Virus record (IMG/VR): IMGVR_UViG_3300047160_025247
Source: a virus
Reading direction: 5' to 3' (one strand)
Length of the DNA: 64,000 bases
The position numbers and the translations under genes are program-made. The notes under the pieces are model-generated. The model saw only the letters and a program-made list of their open reading frames with translations. It searched no databases and was not told the DNA's origin. Positions 9,595-18,471 of this stretch are shown here, piece after piece (positions within the stretch are counted from its first letter, which is position 1; every line of letters starts with the position of its first letter).

Positions 9595-9991
9595 GCAGTT
9601 CACGCACACGCCCGGCGGCGCAGAGACCATCGACCAGTTCAACGCGCGCGTCGCGCAGTTCTGCCGCGACAACCAAGTCGTCAACGTGGTGCCGTCGGTC
9701 TCGGGCCGCACGTTGCTGCTGACGCTCGCCGAGCAGGACGACGTGCCGTTCCCGATGCCGATCGTCTACCAGCCGCACACCGTGATCGCTCGCGAGCCGG
9801 ACATGGCGACGCTGGAGAAGTCGATCGAGGTCATCAAGGAGAAGCTGCAGGAGGCGGTGAAGCAGAGCTTCGAGCTGGAGGAGCTGCCTCTGGTGACGAT
9901 GGTGCAGCTGCACCCGATGCCGAGCGAGCCGTCGTCGTGCTACATCCTCATGCTCGTGGCGATCGGCTACGTCGAGATGGAGGCAGAGTGA
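9587..9991 (+). CDS. hypothetical protein
   Basis: Overlapping operon context and codon bias. Confidence 0.65.
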   Translation: MSEQFTHTPGGAETIDQFNARVAQFCRDNQVVNVVPSVSGRTLLLTLAEQDDVPFPMPIVYQPHTVIAREPDMATLEKSIEVIKEKLQEAVKQSFELEELPLVTMVQLHPMPSEPSSCYILMLVAIGYVEMEAE

Positions 9992-10566
9992 ACAAGATCG
10001 TCACCGATCTCGACGGTTGGAAGACCACCAAGTCGTGGGTCGACGCCTACACGGCGACGATCGAGGCCTCGTTCGACGCCGCCATGAACCCCGAGATCCG
10101 CAGCGAGGTCAACGAGGCGCTGAAGGCCGCGCAGGCGCAGGCGCTCGCGACCAAGAGCGAGCAGGACATCAACGTTGCGCGGCAGCAGGCCCACATCGCT
10201 CGCCGCGTGGGCGGTTTCAGCGCCGAGCAGTACGACATCATCAAGAAGATCTGGAAGGTGACCGCCGAGGCGATCATCGCCACGTCGTGGAAGCTCACCG
10301 AGGAGATCTTCTACGCCGAGGAGCCGACCAAGGAGAAGCTGCGCTTCTGGCAGGGCGACTCGCCGCTGAAGAATTTCATCCTGCTGCCGCGCGATCAGTC
10401 GTCGCTGTTCATCAAGTTCCTGCGCTTCGTGCAGTCACGCGCCGAGCGCTTCGACCCCGTCGCGCATACCAAGCAGATGCTGGAGTCGCAGGGCATCAAC
10501 GAGCACAACTTCGACGAGTACGCCGACAAGCTCGCCATCACCAACCCCTGGAAGCCGATCCCCTAA
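9988..10566 (+). CDS. hypothetical protein
   Basis: GTGA overlap, GGAGG RBS, codon bias. Confidence 0.65.
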   Translation: MNKIVTDLDGWKTTKSWVDAYTATIEASFDAAMNPEIRSEVNEALKAAQAQALATKSEQDINVARQQAHIARRVGGFSAEQYDIIKKIWKVTAEAIIATSWKLTEEIFYAEEPTKEKLRFWQGDSPLKNFILLPRDQSSLFIKFLRFVQSRAERFDPVAHTKQMLESQGINEHNFDEYADKLAITNPWKPIP

Positions 10567-11561
10567 TGCCACGCAAGGATCTCGTCTCCCGTGCGACGAT
10601 CGAGCAAGCCCAGCTGGCTGATCAGCTGCGCTCGGCGACGACGCACGTCTGGGGATACATCCGCGTTTCGACCGAGAAGCAGGAGGACGGACAGACCTAC
10701 GACGTGCAGCGCGCCGGGATCGAGGCCTACTGCAAGGAGAACAAGCTCGGCGCACCCAAGTTCGTGCACGAGGCCGCGTCGGCGAAGAATCCGGCGATCC
10801 CGATCGCGATGCCGACGTCGCTGACCGCGCCCGCGGGCGCCCGTCCCGACCTCGCCAACTCGGCGCAGATCTCGCCGCGCCCGCTGCTGCTCATGCTCGT
10901 CGGGCATCTCTTCGACACGCCGGGATCGCACCTGATCGTCTGGAAGCTCGACCGTCTCGCGCGCATCTCCTATGAGCAGGAACTGATCATCAACCTGCTG
11001 CGTCGGAAGCAGGTGCAGATCCATTCGACGATGGTCGGTGAGCAGGAAGTGCTCCGCGGTGTCGACGACAGCGACCCGGCGCGCGTGCTGTTCCGCAACG
11101 TGCTCGGCGCGGTGGCGCAGTACGAGCGCCGCATGATCGAGATCCGCATGAAGACCGGCCTGCGGATGAAGGCGTCGAAGGGCGCGTGGGCCGGCGGCGC
11201 GATCCCGTTCGGCTACACGGTGAAGAGCGGCGACCTCGTGATCAGCCCGGCCGATGTCGAGACTGTTCTGCGCGTTTTCTTCCTGCGCGACCGATGCGGC
11301 GAGACCTACGAGCGCATCGCCGAAATCCTCGCGAAGCGCTTCGCCACGAAGGGCTGGCATAAGGTGCGCGTCTCGCGCATCCTTCACAACCGCCAGCTCT
11401 ACCAGGGTATCTACGTGGATCCATTCAACGTCGCGCACGATCGTCCAGACCTGCGCATCCTGCCAACGGAAGACGGCTGGGACCAGTGGATGGAGAAGAA
11501 CAATCTCAACCCATCAACACTCGAAGGATTCGCCTATGTCGACCCGCCAGCAGAAGCGTAA
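10566..11561 (+). CDS. serine recombinase (resolvase catalytic domain plus recombinase domain)
   Basis: WGYIRVSTEKQ, LIVWKLDRLAR, AQYERRMIEIR...G...GG.IPFGY; TAATG overlap. Confidence 0.9.
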   Translation: MPRKDLVSRATIEQAQLADQLRSATTHVWGYIRVSTEKQEDGQTYDVQRAGIEAYCKENKLGAPKFVHEAASAKNPAIPIAMPTSLTAPAGARPDLANSAQISPRPLLLMLVGHLFDTPGSHLIVWKLDRLARISYEQELIINLLRRKQVQIHSTMVGEQEVLRGVDDSDPARVLFRNVLGAVAQYERRMIEIRMKTGLRMKASKGAWAGGAIPFGYTVKSGDLVISPADVETVLRVFFLRDRCGETYERIAEILAKRFATKGWHKVRVSRILHNRQLYQGIYVDPFNVAHDRPDLRILPTEDGWDQWMEKNNLNPSTLEGFAYVDPPAEA

Positions 11562-11883
11562 GCTCGATCCGCTCCTCCAAGCCGACGTCGATTTCCTCGC
11601 GCTGCTGTTCGCGAACGGGATCAGCGGTCTGGTGCAGATCGGTCTCTCCGACGGCATCAAGATGAAAGGCGCGATGGAGCGCGTCATGAAGAACAAGGCC
11701 GCCATGGAGCTGTGCGCGACGACCTGGGCCAAGTTCTTTCAGGTGAACCCGCAGGCGGCCGAGATCATCGAGATGGCGGCGGCGATCAACCCGAAGGTGA
11801 GCGAGTTCCTGGAGCGCGTCCGGCTGAAGCCGAAGGATGTCGCACCCGAGGATGTCAGCGTCCGCGATGGCGAGAAAGGCTGA
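11536..11883 (+). CDS. hypothetical protein
   Basis: GAAGGA RBS; helical product starting MSTRQQKRKLDP. Confidence 0.6.
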   Translation: MSTRQQKRKLDPLLQADVDFLALLFANGISGLVQIGLSDGIKMKGAMERVMKNKAAMELCATTWAKFFQVNPQAAEIIEMAAAINPKVSEFLERVRLKPKDVAPEDVSVRDGEKG

Positions 11884-11885
11884 GC

Positions 11886-12632
11886 ATGTCCCGCGCTGTC
11901 ACCCGTCATCGCGACAGCCAACCGAGCGGCGGCCCTACCAAGGTCGTCTATTCGTGGGAAGGCGAGCCGTTCTCCACCGACCACTTCGACGTGATCAGCC
12001 CGCGCACGCTGAACGATCTGCTCGAAGAGGGTTGGACGATCGTGAAGCAGGAACGCCGGAAGATCGGCCACCCGACCAAGAAGAAGGTGGTATCCGTCGA
12101 TCGCATCACGCTCGGTAAGGAGGGCGCGAAGGCGCCGCCGGAGCGCAGCGTGGCGCGGCGGCAGGACGACGTCGACGAGATGGGGAACCCAACCGGCCGC
12201 GGGCTGATGCAGCATGGTGGTGGTTATCAGGTCGCGCAGAGCGGCTCCTTCCTCGGCACCGGCTCAGATTTCGCCGGACTCGGCCTGAACCTCGCGTCGT
12301 CGAAGATGACCGAGAACGCCTACGGCATGGGCGTGGACTGCGCGAAGACGGGCGGCACCCGTGACGACTGCCCCTTCCCGCCCGGTAACAAGATCTACGA
12401 GCAGTGGCAGCGCGGTTTCGCGGCCGGGCTCGCCGACGACCACAAGCAGGAGAGCGGCGACCAGTCGCCGGCAACGGTCGAGGCGAAGAAGGAAGCCTAC
12501 GATCTCGGCAAGCGGGCCGCGCAGGGTCCGAAGGATCTAGAAGTCGACTGTCCCTACGCCAACGGAAGCACACTCTTCCGCGAGTGGCTGCGTGGATTCG
12601 AAGAGAACGGCGGCACGGTCGATCCCACATGA
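11886..12632 (+). CDS. protein with two Rmf (ribosome modulation factor)-like motifs
   Basis: AYGMG...CPFPPGNKIYEQWQRGF and AYDLG...CPYANGSTLFREWLRGF resemble the RMF G..AG...CPY...W..GW motif. Confidence 0.6.
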   Translation: MSRAVTRHRDSQPSGGPTKVVYSWEGEPFSTDHFDVISPRTLNDLLEEGWTIVKQERRKIGHPTKKKVVSVDRITLGKEGAKAPPERSVARRQDDVDEMGNPTGRGLMQHGGGYQVAQSGSFLGTGSDFAGLGLNLASSKMTENAYGMGVDCAKTGGTRDDCPFPPGNKIYEQWQRGFAAGLADDHKQESGDQSPATVEAKKEAYDLGKRAAQGPKDLEVDCPYANGSTLFREWLRGFEENGGTVDPT

Positions 12633-13381
12633 ACTCGCTTCCCAGCGTCACGGTGCTGATCCCGACGTTCTGTCGCACGCGGCGGCTCGCCGAGGCGATC
12701 TATTCGGCGCTGAATCAGGACTACGCCGGGAAGATTGATGTGCTCGTGCTCAACGACTACAACAAGCAGACGCTCCGGTGCGTGGATCCGCGTGTGGAGA
12801 TCGTCAACGTCGAGCGCCGCGTCGGGCCGCTCTCCGCGAAGCGCGACATGATGCTGTTGATGGCGAGCGGCGAGTGGATCGCCTTCCTCGACGATGACGA
12901 CCTGCTGATGCCGTGGCACCTGCGCCAGATCAAGCCGGAGTCCGCCGCTACGCTTCCGCAATCGATCTTCACCGTCGACGACGTCGGCAACTGGACCTGC
13001 GATCGTGTACTTGGCGGCATTCACTTTCTGGTCCGGCGCCCGGAGGCGCTGAGCGTCGGATTCAAGTCAGGTCTCGATGTCGGTGAAGACAACGCGTTTC
13101 GCAACGCCGTGCTCGCGGCCTACAAGAACTCCATCGCGCAGTCTCCGGTGCCGAGCTACGTCTGGAGGAGATTTCTTCCCGGCGTCGGTCACATCTCGCA
13201 CATGGTCAAAGTCGACGCCAGCCCCGACGTCGACCGCTTCATCGCCGCGGCCGATGAACGCGTAGCCAACGGCCTGGAGCCGAAAGGTGAAGTCGTGATC
13301 ACGCCGCGATGGGAGCAAGACTACTGGGAGGAAGTGCAGCGGCGCTTTCCCGATGAGATGGTACCACGGAGAAAGCCATGA
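12629..13381 (+). CDS. GT2-family (GT-A) glycosyltransferase
   Basis: VTVLIPTF...SALNQDY...VLVLND...GEWIAFLDDDD. Confidence 0.9.
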   Translation: MNSLPSVTVLIPTFCRTRRLAEAIYSALNQDYAGKIDVLVLNDYNKQTLRCVDPRVEIVNVERRVGPLSAKRDMMLLMASGEWIAFLDDDDLLMPWHLRQIKPESAATLPQSIFTVDDVGNWTCDRVLGGIHFLVRRPEALSVGFKSGLDVGEDNAFRNAVLAAYKNSIAQSPVPSYVWRRFLPGVGHISHMVKVDASPDVDRFIAAADERVANGLEPKGEVVITPRWEQDYWEEVQRRFPDEMVPRRKP

Positions 13382-13881
13382 AGGTCGCTGTGCTGTGTCC
13401 TGGTCCTTCGCTGAAGAAGACCTGGAACCCGAAGAACCCCTATCAGGTGATCCTCGCGGTGAACCGAGCTGCGCTCGTGCAGCAGCCGCATTGGTGGGTC
13501 GCCGGCGACTGGATGTACCTGAAGGACACGGCGGCGAAGCCGATCACCGGCTACTGCACGATCCGCGACGTCGTCAGGATCCTGGAAGACGGCACACTGC
13601 TGCCGAAGGAGCGGATGCCGGCGAAGTTCGAGTGCGTCGCGTGGGAAGATCTTCCGTTTCAGCGGAGCTTCTCCGTGGTCGCCGCGCTCGGGCTCGCCTG
13701 CCACCTCGGTGCGCGCGACGTCCACGTCTACGGGGACGACAAGAACGGCGCCAACGACTTCGACGGGTGGGTCGGCTACAACCGCGGCCACAGTCGCTGG
13801 GAGGAAGAGACGGCCGCGATGAACGCCGGCATCGATTTCCTCAACACGCGCAACATCATCGTCACGCGAATCAAGGGCTAG
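13378..13881 (+). CDS. DUF115/MAF/CstII-like CMP-sugar glycosyltransferase domain
   Basis: KVAVLCPGPSL...ILAVNRAA...SVVAALGLACHLGARDVHVYGDD. Confidence 0.6.
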   Translation: MKVAVLCPGPSLKKTWNPKNPYQVILAVNRAALVQQPHWWVAGDWMYLKDTAAKPITGYCTIRDVVRILEDGTLLPKERMPAKFECVAWEDLPFQRSFSVVAALGLACHLGARDVHVYGDDKNGANDFDGWVGYNRGHSRWEEETAAMNAGIDFLNTRNIIVTRIKG

Positions 13882-13883
13882 CG

Positions 13884-14870
13884 ATGCCGGTTATCGACTG
13901 CACCCTCCGTGACGGAGGCTACTACAACAACTGGGACTTCGACCAGGATTTCGTCGCTTCCTACATGCAGACGATGCTGCAGGCAGGCGTCGATTACGTG
14001 GAGATCGGTTTTCGTGGCGTGAAGGGCGGCCTATACGCCAATGTCAACGACCTCTTCCTCGGTCGTCTCTCGCTGCTGCGCAAGCCGAAGCTCGCGGTGA
14101 TGATCAACGCGAAGGACGCGCTGGCCTACGAGTACGGTGCCGACGGCTTCGTGCTCGCGCACTTCGTCCAGGCGAAGTCGTCGCGCGTGTCGCTCGTGCG
14201 CGTCGCTGCACAGTTCAGCGAGGCGGTGCAGTGCGAGAAGATCTGCCTGGCGCTGAAGGCTCTCGGCTACGACGTCGCGCTGAACCTCATGCAGTGTGCC
14301 GACAAGGACATGGACTCGCTGTTGGTGGTGAAGCGCGTGGTCGACAATTGGGGCTGCGCCTGCGCGCTCTACCTCGCCGACTCACTCGGGAACATGGAGC
14401 CGCTCGACGTCTCGATGAAGATCGATCGTCTGCTCGAAGCGGATGGAACCCCGCTCGGCGTGCACATGCACGACAACCGAGGGCTCGCACTCGCAAACAC
14501 AATCTCCGCGCATGATGCCGGCGCTATGTGGCTCGACTCGACGGTGCTCGGTATGGGCCGCGGCGCCGGCAACGTGAAGACCGAATACCTGCTCACCGAG
14601 CTGGGGCGACCGTATCGCTGTGAGCCGGTGTTCACCCTCGCCGAGAGTACCGAGATGGTGCAGCTGCAGAAGACCTGCGGGTGGGGCCAGCACCAGTTCT
14701 ACGCACTCTCGGCCAAGCGTGGCGTGCATCCGACCTACGTGCAGGAGCTGCGAGCGCTTCCCGGTCTGTCGAACAAGACCGTACTCGCGGCGATCGAGAA
14801 GCTGAGCGCCAGCGGTGCTCGTTTCTACGACAAGAAGCTTCTTCAAGCTGTTCTGAAAGAAAAAACATGA
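13884..14870 (+). CDS. DRE-TIM/HMGL-like aldolase (4-hydroxy-2-oxovalerate aldolase-like)
   Basis: IDCTLRDGGY, LADSLG, GVHMHDN.GLALAN, DSTVLGMGRGAGN. Confidence 0.85.
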   Translation: MPVIDCTLRDGGYYNNWDFDQDFVASYMQTMLQAGVDYVEIGFRGVKGGLYANVNDLFLGRLSLLRKPKLAVMINAKDALAYEYGADGFVLAHFVQAKSSRVSLVRVAAQFSEAVQCEKICLALKALGYDVALNLMQCADKDMDSLLVVKRVVDNWGCACALYLADSLGNMEPLDVSMKIDRLLEADGTPLGVHMHDNRGLALANTISAHDAGAMWLDSTVLGMGRGAGNVKTEYLLTELGRPYRCEPVFTLAESTEMVQLQKTCGWGQHQFYALSAKRGVHPTYVQELRALPGLSNKTVLAAIEKLSASGARFYDKKLLQAVLKEKT

Positions 14871-15601
14871 GGATCGCGATCGTCATCCCCGCTCGCTATG
14901 AATCGACGCGCTTTCCCGGCAAGCCGCTCGCGACGATCGAAGGCGTGCCGATGATCCAGTGGGTTTACTACCGCTGCACCAACTCGATTGTCCCGCAGGA
15001 AGATATTTACGTCGCGACCGACGATGAGCGAATCGCCAAGGTGTGCCCGGCGAAGGTGGTCATGACGTCGAAGCACTGTCTGACCGGTACCGACCGCGTT
15101 TACGACGCGTCCAAGCACATCCCTGCCGACGTGATCATCAACGTGCAGGGTGATGAGCCGCTCATTCAGCCAGCCGATATCAACAAGCTCGTCGAGGCCG
15201 CGCGTGCGAACCCGAACGTCGTCCACAACGCCATGTGCCGGCTCCACGACAGCGACGAGCTGACCAACCGCAACGTGCCGAAGATGGTGGTCGCGCCCGA
15301 CGGCCGGCTGCTCTACGCTTCGCGCGCCTGCGTCCCGATGACGAAGAACGGGAAGGTGTTCCCGTCCGAGATACGCAAGCAGGTGTGCATCTACGCGTTC
15401 CCGATCCGAACGCTCGCCCGCTTCGCCGTGCACGAGAAGACACCGCTCGAAGCTGTCGAGGACATCGAGATCCTTCGCTTCTTGGAGCTGGGGATCCCGG
15501 TCTACGTTACCGAGGTCTCGCACAACTCGATCGCCGTCGACACGCCGCAGGATCTGGAGAAGGTCCGCGCCATCCTCCGCCACCAGCGTATGGTGAAGTA
15601 G
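14867..15601 (+). CDS. kdsB: 3-deoxy-manno-octulosonate cytidylyltransferase-like (CMP-ulosonate synthetase)
   Basis: VIPARYESTRFPGKPL, VATDD, TGTDR, INVQGDEP, LEAVEDIEILR, IAVDTPQDL. Confidence 0.9.
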   Translation: MRIAIVIPARYESTRFPGKPLATIEGVPMIQWVYYRCTNSIVPQEDIYVATDDERIAKVCPAKVVMTSKHCLTGTDRVYDASKHIPADVIINVQGDEPLIQPADINKLVEAARANPNVVHNAMCRLHDSDELTNRNVPKMVVAPDGRLLYASRACVPMTKNGKVFPSEIRKQVCIYAFPIRTLARFAVHEKTPLEAVEDIEILRFLELGIPVYVTEVSHNSIAVDTPQDLEKVRAILRHQRMVK

Positions 15602-15615
15602 TGCGTAGCGGGCCG

Positions 15616-16176
15616 ATGCGCTGCTACGCCGGGATTGGAAGCCGGGAGATCTCCGATGACGAGCGCACCGAGATCATCCGCGTTGCGTCAGCGCTTGGGT
15701 CTGACGGCTGGGTCTGCTACTCCGGCAACACCGCTGGCGCGGACGTCGCCTTTCAGCTGGGATCCGCCGGACGCTGCGTCATTTTCCTGCCGTGGCTCGG
15801 GTTCAACTTCTCTGTCTACAACGCTGCTCATCATAGCCTCGCTCTGTTCGTCGCGGGACAGTCGAAGCGAGGGCTCCGCGCCATCTCACAATACCACCCG
15901 GCCCCGCATGTCCTGACGGCGTCAGCGCGCATGCTGATGGCGCGCAACTACCACCAAGTGATGGGATACGAGACCACGCCCCAGAGCTGGCCGCGCGTCG
16001 AGTTCATTCTCTGCTGCGCGACGGTGGTCGACGATCAGGTTCAAGGTGGAACCGGACAGGCTTGTCGCATCGCGATCGACCAGAAGATCCCAATCATCAA
16101 CATCCGCTATCCTGGATGGAAAGAGAAGCTGGAGATCGTGATCGCGAAAGTGCGTCAAGAAGAAAATAAGTCCTGA
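15616..16176 (+). CDS. SLOG/DprA-like nucleotide-binding protein
   Basis: YAGIGSRE...YSGNTAGADVAF...RNYHQV...GGTGQACRIA. Confidence 0.7.
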   Translation: MRCYAGIGSREISDDERTEIIRVASALGSDGWVCYSGNTAGADVAFQLGSAGRCVIFLPWLGFNFSVYNAAHHSLALFVAGQSKRGLRAISQYHPAPHVLTASARMLMARNYHQVMGYETTPQSWPRVEFILCCATVVDDQVQGGTGQACRIAIDQKIPIINIRYPGWKEKLEIVIAKVRQEENKS

Positions 16177-16275
16177 TCTGACAAGCTCTGTGTTTTCGTA
16201 AGTCGAGATTTTTCTTCTGATCTGAAGAAAGTTCAAAATTGGATCTGGTATAATGGGCGCCTAAGGAGGCTACCA

Positions 16276-16512
16276 ATGCCTAAGCCTGGAGAAGTAGAAC
16301 GCATCCGTCCCGCAGTTGAAGGGCGTACCTTCACCGATATCGGAAAGGTTTGGACCGTGAAGCCGAAGTGCGACACGAATAACGGCCACTGGTACTGCAT
16401 CACGCATCGCGAGATGTTTCGCAACCAGATGGAGAAGGACTCGCACATCAACGCCGGGAAGCACGAGATGGTCTGGTGGTGTCGCGTCCATGACGAGCCC
16501 GAGGTGCCCTAG
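16276..16512 (+). CDS. small Cys/His-containing hypothetical protein
   Basis: AAGGAGG RBS; KCDTNNGHWYCITH...WCRVH. Confidence 0.7.
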   Translation: MPKPGEVERIRPAVEGRTFTDIGKVWTVKPKCDTNNGHWYCITHREMFRNQMEKDSHINAGKHEMVWWCRVHDEPEVP

Positions 16513-16691
16513 GAACAACCCGCCCCGGCGGATCACCACCCGCCGGGGCTTCCGTAGCTCAACTCAGCTTGACCCGTATCGAAGAGCGTTACCTCAGCGC
16601 GGAGGCATCTCACCACGATTCTGTGCGCAGGTGGCAGCGGTAGCGGGATCCTAACTGGTTGACTCCACCTGTCCATAACCAAGCTACAGGC

Positions 16692-17567
16692 ATGGCACAC
16701 GGGGTCGGGAAGCGGTTGACTGAAAGCGAGCGCACCCGTGTGGTCGCGGCCTACCGGCGCGGTGAGTCGTCAGGCACGTTGGCAAAGCAGTTCGGTGTCT
16801 CCGATGTTGCGATCCGGAAGACGTTGCAGCGTGCCGGCATCGAGCGCCGCGGAGCCTCAGCCTGCCATCGGATCTACACGTTGAACGAGGCGGCGTTCGA
16901 TGAGATCACGCCTGAGTCAGCGTACTGGGCGGGGTTCCTGCTCGCTGATGGCGCAATCTGCGACACCGATAAAGGTTCGGCTCCGAAGATCGAGTTAGCG
17001 TTGCAGGCGCGCGATCGAGCGCATGTTGAGCAGTTCAAGACTTTCCTTAGCGCTGGTCACCCGCTTCGTGAGCGGCGCTACAGGACAGAACACAGCTTTC
17101 GGTTTGAGGTGAGATCGAGTCGTCTCGTCGCAGCCCTAGCTAAACTAGGAGTGGTACCGAGAAAATCTTTCACCGCTGACGTTCCCGAAGCCCTTCGTTA
17201 CGATGCAAGTTTTTGGCGCGGCGTCATTGACGGCGATGGTCATCTCGGAGACCAAAGGAAGTTTCCTGTGCTGCGTCTTGTAGGATCTCATGAGACCGTG
17301 CGACACTTTCGTCTATTCTGCCGTTCTTATGCCAGGCTGGAGCGTATCCATACAGCACCAACAAGTTCTATCTTCTACGCTCAGCTTCTTGGCGCGGACG
17401 CCTTGGCTGTTATATCTACTTTGTACGTAGGAGCACCACGAACAGCTGTCCTTTCGCGCAAGTATGCAGAGGCTATGCGTATGATACGAACCTATTCTGG
17501 AATAGTGTTTCGTGTTCTCCCGCCGCGCCGCCGCCCTCCGGTATCGCCTCGGTCTTATAAGCCGTAG
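16692..17567 (+). CDS. LAGLIDADG homing endonuclease with N-terminal HTH
   Basis: AYWAGFLLADGAI and FWRGVIDGDGHL motifs; HTH-like SSGTLAKQFGVSDVAIRKTL. The start could be 16659. Confidence 0.85.
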   Translation: MAHGVGKRLTESERTRVVAAYRRGESSGTLAKQFGVSDVAIRKTLQRAGIERRGASACHRIYTLNEAAFDEITPESAYWAGFLLADGAICDTDKGSAPKIELALQARDRAHVEQFKTFLSAGHPLRERRYRTEHSFRFEVRSSRLVAALAKLGVVPRKSFTADVPEALRYDASFWRGVIDGDGHLGDQRKFPVLRLVGSHETVRHFRLFCRSYARLERIHTAPTSSIFYAQLLGADALAVISTLYVGAPRTAVLSRKYAEAMRMIRTYSGIVFRVLPPRRRPPVSPRSYKP

Positions 17568-17614
17568 AAAGCGTAACTGGTTCCATGTGGGTTCGACTCC
17601 CATCCGGAGGACCA
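17535..17614 (+). tRNA. non-canonical tRNA-like gene, anticodon UAU (Ile/AUA), lacking a normal D-arm
   Basis: Acceptor stem CCTCCGG/CCGGAGG + A-CCA; T-arm GTGGG-TTCGACT-CCCAT; anticodon loop CT-TAT-AA. Confidence 0.7.
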
Positions 17615-17621
17615 AAAAGAA

Positions 17622-17647
17622 AAACCCAGGGCCGAAGCCCTGGGTTT
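17622..17647 (-). terminator. intrinsic terminator between the converging tRNA and capsid gene (possibly bidirectional)
   Basis: AAACCCAGGGC-CGAA-GCCCTGGGTTT, followed on the minus strand by a T-run. Confidence 0.8.
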
Positions 17648-17679
17648 CTCGTTGCTCGGAAGAGCAGTAACCGGATCGG

Positions 17680-18255
17680 TTACTGGATCTCGCGCAGCAG
17701 CTCGCCTTCGAGGAAGAGGTGCACCACGAGGCCCGACGTGATGGTCGTGCCCGAGGCGCAGTTCTGCTCGACGAAGAAGTTCTGCACCGGGGGCAAATAT
17801 ATCGAGTGCAGCAGCGAGTAGATGTTGCGCTGCTCCGGGCGGCCGAGGTTCGCGTACACCGCGCCGGCGGTGGTGGCGATCTTCGGGGTGGCCGCCTGGG
17901 CCTCCAGACCGGTGCCGGCGGTCAGGATGAACGCCGGGATGGTCAGGTAGGTCTTCTCGCCGACGACCACGCGGTAGTACGTGCGCTGCAGGTAGATGAT
18001 GCAGTCGCTGTACAGCGCCTGGCTGGCGTAGCCGAGGGTCTGGCGGATGGCGCGGATCGAGAAGCGCTTCGGCCACGAGAGCTGGCCGGCGGTCTGCAGG
18101 TTGGTCAGCAGCGCCGAACGGTTGTTCGAGCCCTGGCTGAAGAGCTGGTTCACCACGGCCGCGGTGATGGTCACCGAGTCGTAGAGGGGCTGGTGGATGG
18201 CTTCGAGCCGGATGGAGCCCTGGCGGGCGTCCTTGACGGTGCGGAAGACGGGCAT
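17680..18255 (-). CDS. putative single-jelly-roll major capsid protein
   Basis: 191-aa all-beta pattern, QPLYDS...TNLQTAGQLSWPKRF...LPPVQNFFVE...LFLEG; strongest codon bias in the window; AAGGAA RBS; followed by a strong terminator. Confidence 0.6.
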   Translation of the reverse strand: MPVFRTVKDARQGSIRLEAIHQPLYDSVTITAAVVNQLFSQGSNNRSALLTNLQTAGQLSWPKRFSIRAIRQTLGYASQALYSDCIIYLQRTYYRVVVGEKTYLTIPAFILTAGTGLEAQAATPKIATTAGAVYANLGRPEQRNIYSLLHSIYLPPVQNFFVEQNCASGTTITSGLVVHLFLEGELLREIQ

Positions 18256-18471
18256 TGCAGTTCCTTCGCTCGGTGAGCGGGTTGCGGTGCTTGGCGAGCG
18301 AGGAAGAACTTTCCTCATCTAGCCGGGGGATGTACGGGTCATCGATAATCCAACCGCGAGAGCGGCCGGCGATGGCGCCGAAAGAAATCAGGTGGAGCCT
18401 GGTGACTCTGAAACCCAGCCGGCTTGCGCACGGCTGGGTAGCAGAGTTCACCCATCACGATGAAAGAGAGG

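Noticed and set aside
16512-17567. Group I intron carrying the LAGLIDADG ORF
   Set aside because: I could not identify P7/catalytic core elements or an interrupted host gene. It is treated as a free-standing endonuclease.
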